Virus record (IMG/VR): IMGVR_UViG_3300022879_000167
Location: 1-40,971 of that record
Direction: 5' to 3' (one strand)
DNA from: a virus
Taxonomy: Duplodnaviria > Caudoviricetes
Length of the DNA stretch: 40,971 nt
The translations under genes were made by a program, and so were the position numbers. The notes under the pieces are model-generated. The model saw only the letters and a program-made list of their open reading frames with translations, was not told where the DNA came from and ran no database searches. Positions 16,431-27,027 of this stretch are shown here, piece after piece. Position 1 is the first letter of the stretch, and each line of letters begins with the position of its first letter.

Positions 16431-17911
16431 TGGCCCGATATTATCCGACGCTGACCCGTAATGGATTCTTGCTGCCGTCGAACATCAAGGCCAGTTACGA
16501 AGGCGCCGGGGAGGGCCGTCGCTCGGCCAGTTGGGAAGCCACCGATGATGGCATTAACAGCATCAATACCCCGGCCCTGCGCAACCTGCGGGCGCGTTCG
16601 CGGGCGGCGGTGCGCAATGACCCGTACGCGTTCAACGTAATCGACAAGCGCGTCAGCAATCTGATCGGCACGGGCATCACGCCCAGGCCGACCACGGACG
16701 ACGCTGCTCTGCGCAAGCTGAAACAGCAGTTGTGGGACGACTGGGTGGATGAGGCGGACGCTGATGAGCTGACCGACTTCTACGGCATGCAGGCCCTGGT
16801 GGCGCGCACCGTGGAAACGGCCGGTGAGTGCTTTGTACGGTTCCGGCCGCGCAGCCCGAGCGAAGGCTTGGCGGTGCCGCTGCAGTTGCAGGCGCTGGCC
16901 CCTGAGTTTGTTCCCCACGACAAGTTCGAGACCGCCAAAAACGGCAACGTCATCCGCGCCGGGATCGAGTTCAACCCGGCTGGCAAGCGTGTCGCGTATT
17001 GGATGTATCTCTCACATCCGCGCGACTCTTCGTCGTTGAACGCCGGTTACAACCAACTGGTGCGTGTGCCGGCTACTCAGGTGCTGCACATCTTTGAACC
17101 GATGGAGCCTGGACAACTGCGTGGCGTGCCACGTTTGGCTCCTGTGTTGAAGCGCCTGCGCAGCCTGGACAACTACGACGACGCGGTGTTGTTCCGCCAG
17201 GAAGTAGCGAACCTGTTCGCCGGTTTCATCAAACGGCCATCGCCGGACATGGGGCAGCAACCACGCGACCCTGTTACGGGACAACTCCTGACCACCGACC
17301 GCGATGGCTTCACGCCGATGGTCGCCTTGGAGCCCGGCACGATGCAGGAGCTGGGGCCGGGTGAAGAGGTGGAGTTCTCTAAACCGCCGGATGCCGGCAA
17401 CAACTACCCGGACTTCATGCGGCAGCAACTGATGGCTGCGGCGGCGGGTTCGGGGACGCCTTACGAGATCCTCACCGGCGACATGCGGGAGGTTAACGAC
17501 CGGGCGCTGCGGGTGGTGCTCAACGAGTTCCGGCGCCGATTGGAGCAACTGCAATTTGGGGTGTATGTGCATCAGTTGTGTCGCCCGGTGCGGGCGGCCT
17601 GGATGGACATGGCGGTGTTGTCCGGCGCCCTGGTGCTTGAGGACTACGCGCAACGCCGTCGCGAGTACCTGCGCACGCGCTGGGTACCGCAAGGCTGGGC
17701 CTATATCCAGCCGGTGCAGGATGTACAGGCGAGGCGCATGGAAGTGCAAGCGGGCTTCGCCTCGCGCAGCGAGATGGTGCTGCGCACCGGTTACGACGCG
17801 GAAACGGTCGACACGGAAAACGCCGCCGATCTCGTCAGGGCCACCAACCTTGGCCTCAACTACACGACTCTTGAAGCCATCGAGCTGATCGATGACAAGG
17901 AACAACCATGA
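16430..17911 (+). CDS. Portal protein (lambda family)
   Basis: LRARSRAAVRNDPYA, GIEFNPAGKRVAYW, PGQLRGVP, GWAYIQPVQD. Confidence 0.93.
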   Translation: MARYYPTLTRNGFLLPSNIKASYEGAGEGRRSASWEATDDGINSINTPALRNLRARSRAAVRNDPYAFNVIDKRVSNLIGTGITPRPTTDDAALRKLKQQLWDDWVDEADADELTDFYGMQALVARTVETAGECFVRFRPRSPSEGLAVPLQLQALAPEFVPHDKFETAKNGNVIRAGIEFNPAGKRVAYWMYLSHPRDSSSLNAGYNQLVRVPATQVLHIFEPMEPGQLRGVPRLAPVLKRLRSLDNYDDAVLFRQEVANLFAGFIKRPSPDMGQQPRDPVTGQLLTTDRDGFTPMVALEPGTMQELGPGEEVEFSKPPDAGNNYPDFMRQQLMAAAAGSGTPYEILTGDMREVNDRALRVVLNEFRRRLEQLQFGVYVHQLCRPVRAAWMDMAVLSGALVLEDYAQRRREYLRTRWVPQGWAYIQPVQDVQARRMEVQAGFASRSEMVLRTGYDAETVDTENAADLVRATNLGLNYTTLEAIELIDDKEQP

Positions 17912-19038
17912 GCAAAAAGACAAAGCCCCGCGTTTATGACAAGGCGGGCAAGCCGGTAAAGGTCGCGGATAAAAGCTGGTACACGCTCCAGGCAAGCGGC
18001 GAAGCCGAGCAACGCAGCATCGAGATTTTCGTATACGGCGAGATCGGCGCCTGGGGCGTCACCGCCAATCAGTTCGTGCAGGATCTGCGCGCCATGGATG
18101 ACGGCGCTTCCCCCGTGATTGTCGCGTTCAATAGCATCGGCGGTGATCTGTTCGACGGCCTGGCAATTCACAACGCGCTGTCGCGATTGGGCGAGCGCTG
18201 CACCGGTCGTATTGACGCCCTGGCGGCCAGCGCGGCCAGTGTCGCGGTGTGTGGCGCCCACCGGGTCGTGATCGCGGCCAACGCCATGTTGATGATTCAC
18301 AACCCCTACACCTTTACCGGTGGTGATGCCGAAGACTTCCGCCGCGTCGCTGACGTGCTGGACCAGACCCTGGAAGCGATCATCGCGGCCTACAAAGCCA
18401 AGGCGCCGGACATCGACGAAGCCGAGCTGCGGCGCATGGTCAACGCCGAAACGTGGCTTACGGCCAATGAGGCAGTGGCGCTGGGCCTGGCCGATGAAGT
18501 CGGCGACGGCCTCAAGGTCAGCGCCTGTCTCGGCCAGGGCAGCGTGTTACAGCGCTTCCAGAATGCCCCGCCCGAGCTGCTAGCCCAACTGGACGAAGAG
18601 CCGGAAGTTGAACCGCCGGAACCCGATCCGGCCCCCGTCCTGGACGCGGCCAAACTGGCGCTGCTGGTCACTCAGGGCTGTGCGGCGGCCGGTATCAGCA
18701 ACCTGGTGGACCCGATACTCGCCACGACGAAGCTGGAAAGCGAAGCGATAGTCCAGGCAGCGCTGACCAAGGCCAAAGCGCTGCATGGCCTGTGTGTCGC
18801 TGCACGGTTACCAGAGCTGACCGGTGAATTTATCAACGCAGGCTTGGACGAGGCGGCCGTCAGGGCACGCCTGTTCGACAAGCTAGTGGGCAGCGGCGGC
18901 GGGTTTGAAATCAACAACAGTTTGCCGCTGGACAATGATCCAGCTCCAACGATCAAGGCCAAACAGGTCGATACCCATGCAGTCTGGGCGGCTCGCCAGG
19001 CAGCACAGAACGGAACCTCGAAAGGAGCAAGAGCATGA
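17908..19038 (+). CDS. ClpP-type head maturation protease with C-terminal scaffold-like region
   Basis: NSIGGDLFDG, ALAASAASV, LMIHNP, ETWLTANEAVALGLAD. Confidence 0.9.
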   Translation: MSKKTKPRVYDKAGKPVKVADKSWYTLQASGEAEQRSIEIFVYGEIGAWGVTANQFVQDLRAMDDGASPVIVAFNSIGGDLFDGLAIHNALSRLGERCTGRIDALAASAASVAVCGAHRVVIAANAMLMIHNPYTFTGGDAEDFRRVADVLDQTLEAIIAAYKAKAPDIDEAELRRMVNAETWLTANEAVALGLADEVGDGLKVSACLGQGSVLQRFQNAPPELLAQLDEEPEVEPPEPDPAPVLDAAKLALLVTQGCAAAGISNLVDPILATTKLESEAIVQAALTKAKALHGLCVAARLPELTGEFINAGLDEAAVRARLFDKLVGSGGGFEINNSLPLDNDPAPTIKAKQVDTHAVWAARQAAQNGTSKGARA

Positions 19039-19373
19039 AAATCGAATCGATGCACGCGGGCGAGTTCCTGCTGTCCGAAGGTGCTGGCACCATTTCCCGC
19101 GAGGCGATCAATGTCGCCGCCGGGCCGGCGCTGGAACCGGGCCAGATCCTCGGCTTGATCACTGCCACCGGTGAGTTCGGGCCGTATCAGCCAACTGCTG
19201 AAGATGGCACTGAAAACGCCATCGCGATCCTCTATGGTCCGCTGGGGCAGTCTGATGTTGTCCGTCGCGGTCGCGCTATTGTGCGGCTGGCCGAGGTCAG
19301 TGAAGCCCATTTGACCGGCCTCGACCCCGCTGCCGAAAAGGCTTTGGCCGCCCATTCCGTGATCGTCCGCTAA
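19035..19373 (+). CDS. Head decoration protein D
   Basis: EFLLSE..SRE, LEPGQILG, DGTENAIAILY; precedes the capsid gene. Confidence 0.85.
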   Translation: MKIESMHAGEFLLSEGAGTISREAINVAAGPALEPGQILGLITATGEFGPYQPTAEDGTENAIAILYGPLGQSDVVRRGRAIVRLAEVSEAHLTGLDPAAEKALAAHSVIVR

Positions 19374-19393
19374 GACGCCCACCCTGTTTATCC

Positions 19394-19416
19394 ATCCCGC
19401 CGAGTGCGGGATTTTT
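19394..19416 (+). terminator. Intrinsic terminator
   Basis: ATCCCGC-CGAGT-GCGGGAT-TTTT. Confidence 0.75.
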
Positions 19417-19435
19417 CGTTTCTGGAGAGTACCCC

Positions 19436-20431
19436 ATGGCCGATATCGCCATTTTTGAAGACGATGCGTTCAGCGTTTCCTCGCTGACCGCTGCAATCAA
19501 TGAACAGGAATACCTGCCGGGCCGCATCAGTAGCTTGGGCCTGTTCCGTGAAGAGGGTATCAGCACGATCACCGTGCAGATTGAGAAGGATGGCGACACC
19601 CTGGCCCTGGTGCCGGCAGGGGAGCGTGGCACTTCGGGCCTGGTGGTCGGTGGCTCCAAGCGTACGCTGATCCCTTTCAACACCGTGCACCTGCCGGAAC
19701 GCTTCACCATCAAGGCCGATGAGATCCAGGGTATCCGCGCCTTTGGCACGCGCACCGAGTTGCAGTCGGTGCAAGATGTGGTCAACAAACGTCTGGCGAA
19801 GGCTCGCCGCCAGTTGGATGCCACGCATGAATTCCAGCGTATGGGTGCCCTGAACGGGCAGATCCTGGACGCGGACGGCAAGACCTCGCTGCTGGATATC
19901 TACAAGACGTTTGGCGTCAATCGCAAAAAGCTGCCGATGGGCCTGGGCAACCCGGACACTGAGTTGCGTGTCCGTGCCGGTGAAGCCCTGGATATGCAAG
20001 AGGAAGCCCTGGGCAGTATCACCAGCACCGGCTCCCGCGCCTTCTGCGGCAAGAACTTCTGGAACAAGCTGATCGTTCACCGGTCGGTCAAAGAGACTTA
20101 TCTGAACTCCCAGCAGGCTGCCGCATTGCGTGGCGATGCCCGTGAAAGTTTCGAGTTCGGCGGGATCGTCTGGGAGCGCTATCGCGGCAAAGTGGCGGGT
20201 GTTTCGTTCGTTCACGACGACAAGGCCCTGTTGATCCCCGAGGGCGTACCGGACCTATACATCTCGTCCTTTGCGCCGGCCGACTACATGGAAACGGTCA
20301 ACACCCAGGGCATTCCTTACTACAGCAAGATCGAGCCGCTGCCGTTCAACAAGGGCGTGGCCGGCGAAGCCCAGTCCAATCCGCTGCACCTGTGCACGCG
20401 GCCCCTGGCGCAGATCCTGCTGGAACTCTGA
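19436..20431 (+). CDS. Major capsid protein (gpE family)
   Basis: FSVSSLTAAIN, THEFQRMGAL.G.ILDADG, FAPADYMETVNT.G, EAQSNPLHLCTRP. Confidence 0.92.
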   Translation: MADIAIFEDDAFSVSSLTAAINEQEYLPGRISSLGLFREEGISTITVQIEKDGDTLALVPAGERGTSGLVVGGSKRTLIPFNTVHLPERFTIKADEIQGIRAFGTRTELQSVQDVVNKRLAKARRQLDATHEFQRMGALNGQILDADGKTSLLDIYKTFGVNRKKLPMGLGNPDTELRVRAGEALDMQEEALGSITSTGSRAFCGKNFWNKLIVHRSVKETYLNSQQAAALRGDARESFEFGGIVWERYRGKVAGVSFVHDDKALLIPEGVPDLYISSFAPADYMETVNTQGIPYYSKIEPLPFNKGVAGEAQSNPLHLCTRPLAQILLEL

Positions 20432-20433
20432 TC

Positions 20434-20754
20434 GTGGCCTTCCGCGATCTGATCGACGACATCGACGACGTGGTATACGAGACCCTGGGCGACAGCGCCC
20501 AGATCGAAGGCCGCGCCGAGCCGGTGCTGGGCATGTTCGCGGCGCCTTGGAAGCAACCGCAGTTCGGCAAGGTCCACACCGGCTTACGTGAACCTCGCTT
20601 TGAGATCCGCGTGAAGGATTCGGACGGGCTCAGCAAGGGGCTGCGGGTCACCGTTGACCTGCCGACCCTGGATGGCGGCGGCGATTACGACCTGCTGCAA
20701 CTGGAGCCCGGCGGCGATGGCCTGGTGGCCCTGATCTTGAGGAAGCGACCATGA
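20434..20754 (+). CDS. Head-tail joining protein (FII-like)
   Basis: Position and size; GTG start; ATGA coupling. Confidence 0.65.
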   Translation: MAFRDLIDDIDDVVYETLGDSAQIEGRAEPVLGMFAAPWKQPQFGKVHTGLREPRFEIRVKDSDGLSKGLRVTVDLPTLDGGGDYDLLQLEPGGDGLVALILRKRP

Positions 20755-21407
20755 GCGTCGGCAGCCATGTACAGCAAAACCGCGACAGCGGGATGATCAA
20801 CATCCTACCGTCTGCGGTGCATTCCCAGGCCTTGCGCGAGTTCGGCCAACTGGTGCCCAAGGCGGCGGCAGCGGCTCAGCGTCGAGCGATCAATAAGACG
20901 TTGGGGCGGCTGCGTACCCACATCGCACGAGCGGTAGGCAAGCAGGAGCGGATCGCCATCGGCGCCGTCCGGCAACGCTTGCGGGCTTATCCGGTCAGCG
21001 GTGGGACGATGCGCGGTAAGTTGTGGTTTGGGGTCAACGCCATTGAGGCCAGCCGCATCGGACGGCCTCGGCAATCCCGCACCGGTGTCTCGGTGGCGGG
21101 GCGGCGCTACCAGGGGGCGTTCTTCAAACAGGTATACGGCAGCAGTCCTGATATCTGGATCCGCACGTCGAGTAAGCACTTCAATGCCACGGATTACCCC
21201 GACAGCACGCAGGGGCGGCGCAGCTCTGGCTTCATTGCCGAGAGCGACAACCGCTTCCCCTTGGCGAAAGCCAAGGTCTCGCTGGACCAGGTGCGACCGC
21301 ACTTCGACAGCTGGGTGAAGCGCGCCGATGAAATCTTGCTGGAGATCCTCAAGCAAGAACTCAACTTTGAATTGCAGAAGTACCTCAAGGGGACTGCCCG
21401 TGTCTGA
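20751..21407 (+). CDS. Tail completion protein (gpZ-like)
   Basis: Basic protein with RRAINKTL..LR motif; position. Confidence 0.65.
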   Translation: MSVGSHVQQNRDSGMINILPSAVHSQALREFGQLVPKAAAAAQRRAINKTLGRLRTHIARAVGKQERIAIGAVRQRLRAYPVSGGTMRGKLWFGVNAIEASRIGRPRQSRTGVSVAGRRYQGAFFKQVYGSSPDIWIRTSSKHFNATDYPDSTQGRRSSGFIAESDNRFPLAKAKVSLDQVRPHFDSWVKRADEILLEILKQELNFELQKYLKGTARV

Positions 21408-21918
21408 TCAGCCTTTCAGCCTCGACCGCCTGTATGACGCCATCGAGCAGCACCTGCAGGAGCACTTACCGGGCATTCGGGGCGCGTCGTTCTGGCCGGA
21501 TCTGTCGGCAGACACCAGCATTCTCACGCCGGTGGTGCTGCTGGAAATGGCCGAGATGGAGCCGGCGCCGGATATCGGTACCGGTGAAACTGCGCTGACC
21601 TGCAAGTTCGAGGCGCGGATCATTGTCGATTCGATCAGCGCGGACCCGCAACGTCAGGCCGTGCAACTTGCCTCACAACTGGCGGTGCTTCTGCGGGCGC
21701 AGAGCTGGGGCTTGGAGGTCGCCTGTGCGCAGTTCGTGCGCTCGACCCAGGACTGGACCAAACCCGAACTGGATGGCTACTTCGTCTGGCTGGTGGAGTG
21801 GGATCAGACGGTTTTCCTGGGCGCTGAGGAATGGCCGTGGCCGGATGAGCCTCCGGGCTCGCTGGTCATCGACCTGGGGCCAGATGTCGGGCAGATCAAC
21901 CCAGGGGATCTGCAATGA
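21400..21918 (+). CDS. Tail terminator/completion protein
   Basis: PVVLLEM, AVLLRAQSWGL, WLVEWDQ; position before gpV. Confidence 0.6.
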   Translation: MSDQPFSLDRLYDAIEQHLQEHLPGIRGASFWPDLSADTSILTPVVLLEMAEMEPAPDIGTGETALTCKFEARIIVDSISADPQRQAVQLASQLAVLLRAQSWGLEVACAQFVRSTQDWTKPELDGYFVWLVEWDQTVFLGAEEWPWPDEPPGSLVIDLGPDVGQINPGDLQ

Positions 21919-22520
21919 GCTACGCCAGTGCCGAGCACGACCGCATTATTGCCGCCATGCTGATGCCTTGCGTGGTGGTTGGTGTGGATCTGGCGGCCCC
22001 AGCGGTGCGTGTCAGCAATGGCGAATGGACGAGCGCCTGGGTGCGCTGGCACAGCCTGGCGGCCGGTAAGGCGCGGCACTGGCGGGCGCCAAGCCTGGGC
22101 GAGCAGGGGGTTTTGTTTAACCCAAGCGGCCAGGCTGGTATGGGCACTTTTCTCCCCGGGCTGTACGGCAATGCCGGCGGCCAGCCGGATAACCGTGATC
22201 ATGTCGAGGTCTGGCGTTTTGATGATGGCGGCTCTCTGGTTTATGACTGGGAGGCCAAGAGCTACACAATCACGCTCCCCACTGGAACAGTCACTATCAA
22301 GGTTGGCAGCACGGTTGTAACCGTTACGGATAACGCGGTGAATGCCACGGTTGGCGGTACCGAGTTCGATCTGGCGCCCGGTTGGGCCGCGATCAAATCG
22401 CCTCAAATTGCGTTGATCGGTGCGGTAGAAATCGACGGCACGTTACACGTAACGCAAAGCATCACCGGCGCCGCAGACATCCTGGCGGCCGGTAACAGCG
22501 ACAACCACCACAAGCATTAA
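21915..22520 (+). CDS. Baseplate spike protein (P2 gpV-like)
   Basis: SAWVRW..AAG..RHWRAPSLGEQ, RFDDG...YD, terminal HHKH metal-binding tip. Confidence 0.9.
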   Translation: MSYASAEHDRIIAAMLMPCVVVGVDLAAPAVRVSNGEWTSAWVRWHSLAAGKARHWRAPSLGEQGVLFNPSGQAGMGTFLPGLYGNAGGQPDNRDHVEVWRFDDGGSLVYDWEAKSYTITLPTGTVTIKVGSTVVTVTDNAVNATVGGTEFDLAPGWAAIKSPQIALIGAVEIDGTLHVTQSITGAADILAAGNSDNHHKH

Positions 22521-22535
22521 CCAAAAATCACCTAC

Positions 22536-22558
22536 AGCCCGCCGCGTGCGGGCTTTTT
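22536..22558 (+). terminator. Intrinsic terminator
   Basis: AGCCCGC-CGCGT-GCGGGCT-TTTT. Confidence 0.75.
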
Positions 22559-22574
22559 CATGCCCGGAGGAATC

Positions 22575-22796
22575 ATGGCCAAGCCCATCGAGAAGCCCGC
22601 AACCGAAGAACAAGCCACGACTGCGCCGGCGTCTTTGACGTTCCGCGATCTGGTCTACACGTCGCGCACGCTGGTTGTGCCTGATACCGATCGTACCTAC
22701 CCGGTGGCCAAGGGCCTGGTGGTGGTACCGGAATCCGACAAAGAGGCTGTGGCCTTCCTGAAGGCTCATAGCGAATACGCCGCCCAGGAGGGCTAA
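22575..22796 (+). CDS. Hypothetical tail-region protein
   Basis: GGAGG SD; FRDLVYTSRTL motif. Confidence 0.7.
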   Translation: MAKPIEKPATEEQATTAPASLTFRDLVYTSRTLVVPDTDRTYPVAKGLVVVPESDKEAVAFLKAHSEYAAQEG

Positions 22797-22801
22797 GCCA
22801 G

Positions 22802-23128
22802 ATGATCGGAATGGATCGCCACACCGGGCAACCCATATCCGGCATCGAGCATTTGCGGCAGTCCATCGCCGACATCCTGAGTACGCCCTTGGGCAGTCGT
22901 CGGCAGCGGCCGGAGTACGGCAGCAAGCTACGCGGTTTCGTTGACTTGCCAATCAATGCTGGTTGGAAAAGCGCGGTCCAGGCCGAAGCGGCCCATGCCC
23001 TCGGCCGCAGTGAGCCGCGCCTGAAGCTTGAGCGAGTGACGGCGCTTTCGCTGCTGGATGGGAAAATAAACATGCTCGTTACCGGCGAGTACCTGGGCGA
23101 CAGTTTTGTCTTGGAGGTAAGCGTATGA
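22802..23128 (+). CDS. Baseplate wedge protein (P2 gpW/gp25)
   Basis: HLRQSIADILSTPLGSR..RPEYGS, EPRL. Confidence 0.9.
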   Translation: MIGMDRHTGQPISGIEHLRQSIADILSTPLGSRRQRPEYGSKLRGFVDLPINAGWKSAVQAEAAHALGRSEPRLKLERVTALSLLDGKINMLVTGEYLGDSFVLEVSV

Positions 23129-24027
23129 GCATCGTGGACTTGTCGGCCTTACCGGCGCCGGACGTGCTTGAGCCGCTGGACTTTGAAGATGTCTACGAAG
23201 AAGGGTTGTCAGCGTTCCGCGCCTATATGGGCGACAACTGGAACGCCGCGCTTGAAAGCGATCCTGTTACCAAGGTGCTGGAGGTGGGAGCCTATAACAA
23301 GGTTGGTAACCGCGCCCGGGTTAACGACGCATGCAAGGCGCTGCTGTTGGCCCATGCGATCAAGGGTGACCTCGATCAGTTGGGCGCAAACGTCAACCTT
23401 CAGCGCCTGGTTATTCAGCCCGAGGATCTGCTGGCGGTTCCACCGGTGGCTGAAGTTCTTGAAGATGATGATTCGTACCGCGAGCGTATCCAGTTGGCCT
23501 ATGAGGGGCTTACCACTGCGGGCCCGCGTAACAGCTACATCCTGCACGCGCGCAACGCGTCCGGCCTCGTGCGGGACGCCACGGCGGAAAGCCCATCGCC
23601 GGCACGCGTTACCGTAACGGTGCTGAGTACCGAAGGGGACGGGACGGCCACGCCGGCGCTGTTGGCCACGGTGGCTAAAGCCATCAATGACGACGACGTG
23701 CGGCCGCTGGGTGATCGGGTGACAGTCCAGGGCGCCGAAATTCTGAATTACCGCATTGACGCGATCCTGCACATGAACAGCGCAGGACCAGAAGGCGACG
23801 CCGCCCTGGCTGAAGCCTTGAGCCGTCTGTCGAAATGGGTCAACCCCCGTAAACGTCTTGGCGTTGAGGTGGCGCGGTCCGCTGTGGACGCCCAGGTGCA
23901 TGTTGCCGGCGTTTCGCGTGTCGAGCTGCCCGGATGGGTCGACCTGGCCCCTACTAAAGCCCAGGCCGCGTACTGCACGGGTTACAGCGTGAGGTTGGCG
24001 GATGAAAAGCCTACTGCCCAGCAATAG
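23125..24027 (+). CDS. Baseplate protein J
   Basis: DLSALPAPDVLEPLDFE, LESDPVTK, TAGP..SY..HA, VRPLGDRV. Confidence 0.92.
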   Translation: MSIVDLSALPAPDVLEPLDFEDVYEEGLSAFRAYMGDNWNAALESDPVTKVLEVGAYNKVGNRARVNDACKALLLAHAIKGDLDQLGANVNLQRLVIQPEDLLAVPPVAEVLEDDDSYRERIQLAYEGLTTAGPRNSYILHARNASGLVRDATAESPSPARVTVTVLSTEGDGTATPALLATVAKAINDDDVRPLGDRVTVQGAEILNYRIDAILHMNSAGPEGDAALAEALSRLSKWVNPRKRLGVEVARSAVDAQVHVAGVSRVELPGWVDLAPTKAQAAYCTGYSVRLADEKPTAQQ

Positions 24028-24607
24028 CACGCAGCTGGAGCGCGCCCTTGAGGCTGCGCTTTACGAAAAAACCATTGTTCCATTGCGCACGCTCTACAAC
24101 GCCGATACCTGTCCGGCCCATTTGCTGCTGCATCTGGCGTGGGCCTGGTCGGTCGACCGCTGGGATTATCGGTGGAGCGAGGCGACCAAGCGGGCCGCTA
24201 TCAAGGCCTCGTATTACATCCATAAGCACAAAGGCACGATTGGCGCATTGCGCCGCGTGGTCGAGCCGCTGGGCTACCTGATCGAGGTCATGGAGTGGTG
24301 GCAGACGGTGCCCGAGGGGGTGCCGGGCACGTTCGCCCTGAAGGTCGGCGTGCTGGATACCGGCATTACCGAGGAAATGTACGACGAGCTGACCCGGCTC
24401 ATTGATGACGCCAAGCCCGTCAGTCGGCACATGACCGGCCTGGCGATCAGCCTGGAGACCACCGGTTACATCGGCATCGGCGCCTGTGTAAGCGAGGGTG
24501 AAGTGATCGACGTTTACCCACCAACTCCCCGCGATATCGAGGTGACCGGCACCTATGGCCTGGTCATGTGTATTGATGAAATTGACACCCTGGACGTGTA
24601 TCCATGA
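24002..24607 (+). CDS. Tail protein I
   Basis: SLLPSNST.LE, CPAHLL.HLAWAWSVDRWD, HKGTIGALRR, AKPVSRH. Confidence 0.92.
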   Translation: MKSLLPSNSTQLERALEAALYEKTIVPLRTLYNADTCPAHLLLHLAWAWSVDRWDYRWSEATKRAAIKASYYIHKHKGTIGALRRVVEPLGYLIEVMEWWQTVPEGVPGTFALKVGVLDTGITEEMYDELTRLIDDAKPVSRHMTGLAISLETTGYIGIGACVSEGEVIDVYPPTPRDIEVTGTYGLVMCIDEIDTLDVYP

Positions 24608-27027
24608 TTGATCAGAACAGTCAGTTCTTTGCCATTCTCACGGTGGTTGGGGAGGCGAAACAGGCAAACGCTACCGCCCTGGGCCTGCCCTGGACGTTCG
24701 CCCAAATGGGCGTGGGGGATGCCAACCTAACGGACCCGATTCCCAACCGAACGCAAACAAGGCTGATCAACGAATGGCGCCGTGCGCCGGTCAATCAGGT
24801 GCGAACCGATCCGGCAAACCCGAACATCATCATCACCGAGCAGGTTATCCCGGCCGACGTGGGTGGTAAGTGGATCCGGGAAATCGGCCTGTATGACGCC
24901 GATGGCGACCTGGTGGCGGTGGCCAACTGTGCGCCGAGCTTTAAGCCTTTGCTTGTGCAGGGGACCGGCAAGACCCAAATCATTCGGATGAACTTCATCG
25001 TCGCCAATACCGCGAGCGTCGTCCTGAAGATTGACCCGGCGATTGTGCTGGCGACTCGTGAATACGTTGACACACAGATTGTTGAAGCCATGGCAAAAAT
25101 GGACTTCAAGCATTCGGTGTTGGTGGCCAGCACGGGCAATATCGTCTTAAGCGGACTCCAGGCCGTAGACGGTGAGTCGCCCCCGAATGGTGCTCGGGTG
25201 TTAGCGAAGGACCAGTCCCTGCCTAAGGAAAACGGTATCTGGGTTGTGTCTACATCGGGTGCATGGAAGCGTGCGCAGGATGCAGATACCAGCGTCGAGG
25301 TGACGCCGGGGCTGTTCGTCAGTGTTGAAAAAGGCACGGTCAACGGTGACAGTGTCTGGCAGTTGGTGACTGATGCGCCGATTGTCTTGGGCACTACCGC
25401 TCTGGCCTTTGAAATGGCCGTGGGCCGCACCGGCGTCAGTGCTGGCTCTTATGCCAATGTCACCGTCGATAAGTACGGCCGGGTGATCGCCGGTACCAAC
25501 TCGACCACGTTGGCGGGCCACGGCATTACCGACACCTACACCAAGGATCAAATCACGGCGATGATCGCCCAGGCCTCGGCATTACCGGTCGGCTCTATGA
25601 TCGGGTTTCCCGTCGACAAGGTAGCGCCGGGCTTTCTAGAGCTGGATGGCAGCGTCAAAAGCGCGGCGGCTTATCCAGACTTGGCCACGTTCCTGGGCGG
25701 GGCATTCAACAAGGGTGACGAGGGCGCCGGCAACTTCCGTCTGCCAGAGTCGCGTGCCGAATTCCTGCGGGGATGGGACCACGGACGTGGGGTTGATGTT
25801 GGGCGGGGTATCGGTAGTTTGCAGGCGGAGGCATTAAAAACTACCCCACTTAACCCTGGCTATAACGTACTGACTGGGGGAGCCACAACTGCAAACGTCT
25901 CGGTTGGTGGTGGTCAGTTCGCTTCGCGGCCTACGACCGAGCTTTCAATAGGTAGCGGTTCTGAAACTCGCCCGCGCAACCTTGCGGTGATGTGGTGCAT
26001 TAAGGCCTGGAACGCGCCGATCAATCAGGGAAATATTGACGTTGCGGCGCTTGAGGCTGAAGTCGCGCGGATGCGCTCTTTGGTGATCACCAACACTCAC
26101 AAAAAGCTTTCTGTTTCAACTACGGGTGCAAGCGCGGTTGTCTCACTCAAGGCTGAAAAGCTGATCATTGGTAGCGGTGTTGCTGCGAAGGCAGTAACGC
26201 AGGTCGATCTATCAGTGAACATGGCGGCGTCTGGTTTGGGTGGCCTGGATACAGGCGTGGTCGCTGCGTCGAGCTGTTATGGCCTATGGGTAGCAACCAA
26301 CGGTGCGAATACAGCGGCAACGGCTGCGCTTATGCCAGTTCTGCCGGGCGCTGTCACGCTCGGCTCGCCAATTATTACCGGGCTGCCTAACACCTCCTCA
26401 ATGCGTGTTGGCATGCAGTTCTGTAGTGCGTTTTTCCCGTGGGGCGTGACGATCAAGTCGATTGACTCGGCTAGCCAAATTACTGCGAACCAATCGGCGC
26501 TGGCGACCGTAGCGACGGATTACCTACGTTTTGTCTATGAGCCAGTTTTGCCCGTTGGATATGTTGCCAGTCGGTTCAGCTCTTTTTACACCGACTCAAG
26601 CGCCAATAAGTTTCCGTTGGCGTATACGCAATGGAATCGGATCATTCGATTGAAGCCTGGCACCGGAACCAATGTGTTGACCCTTCCAGCGCTGGCAAGC
26701 GGTATTCAAGGGAATCCGGTGCATCCTCCGACATTTGTGCCCGTGTCCCTCGGGGCCTACGTGCCGCCAACGGCATCTGTGGTGACACTTACGATTACTG
26801 GTTTTATTGCGGGTAACTCAGTAATTGTTGCTCCAAATCCGGGGCATTACGGTGTCAACAGTTCGCCTGCCTGTTCAAGCCCTTTGCATATAAGCCAGGG
26901 TTTAACTAGTAGCGCAACGCACGACTCTACGACCCGCGATGTGCTTCCAGAGCGGGGGTACTTCTACTACGCATCAAGCGCTAACCCGTCCGGCGTTGCG
27001 CTGGCAGGCTTTGAGGACGATATATGA
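24604..27027 (+). CDS. Tail fibre protein (H-like; N-terminal baseplate-binding domain, collar domain, variable C-terminus)
   Basis: IPADVGGKWIREIGLYD, DPAIVLATREYVD, VTVDKYGRV, collar FRLP..R.EFLRGWDHGRGVD, ETRPRNLA. Confidence 0.9.
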   Translation: MIDQNSQFFAILTVVGEAKQANATALGLPWTFAQMGVGDANLTDPIPNRTQTRLINEWRRAPVNQVRTDPANPNIIITEQVIPADVGGKWIREIGLYDADGDLVAVANCAPSFKPLLVQGTGKTQIIRMNFIVANTASVVLKIDPAIVLATREYVDTQIVEAMAKMDFKHSVLVASTGNIVLSGLQAVDGESPPNGARVLAKDQSLPKENGIWVVSTSGAWKRAQDADTSVEVTPGLFVSVEKGTVNGDSVWQLVTDAPIVLGTTALAFEMAVGRTGVSAGSYANVTVDKYGRVIAGTNSTTLAGHGITDTYTKDQITAMIAQASALPVGSMIGFPVDKVAPGFLELDGSVKSAAAYPDLATFLGGAFNKGDEGAGNFRLPESRAEFLRGWDHGRGVDVGRGIGSLQAEALKTTPLNPGYNVLTGGATTANVSVGGGQFASRPTTELSIGSGSETRPRNLAVMWCIKAWNAPINQGNIDVAALEAEVARMRSLVITNTHKKLSVSTTGASAVVSLKAEKLIIGSGVAAKAVTQVDLSVNMAASGLGGLDTGVVAASSCYGLWVATNGANTAATAALMPVLPGAVTLGSPIITGLPNTSSMRVGMQFCSAFFPWGVTIKSIDSASQITANQSALATVATDYLRFVYEPVLPVGYVASRFSSFYTDSSANKFPLAYTQWNRIIRLKPGTGTNVLTLPALASGIQGNPVHPPTFVPVSLGAYVPPTASVVTLTITGFIAGNSVIVAPNPGHYGVNSSPACSSPLHISQGLTSSATHDSTTRDVLPERGYFYYASSANPSGVALAGFEDDI

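Noticed and set aside
24002-24027. 26-bp overlap of gpJ with tail protein I as a possible frameshift lesion
   Set aside because: Both proteins are full length; at most a shifted stop adding a few residues
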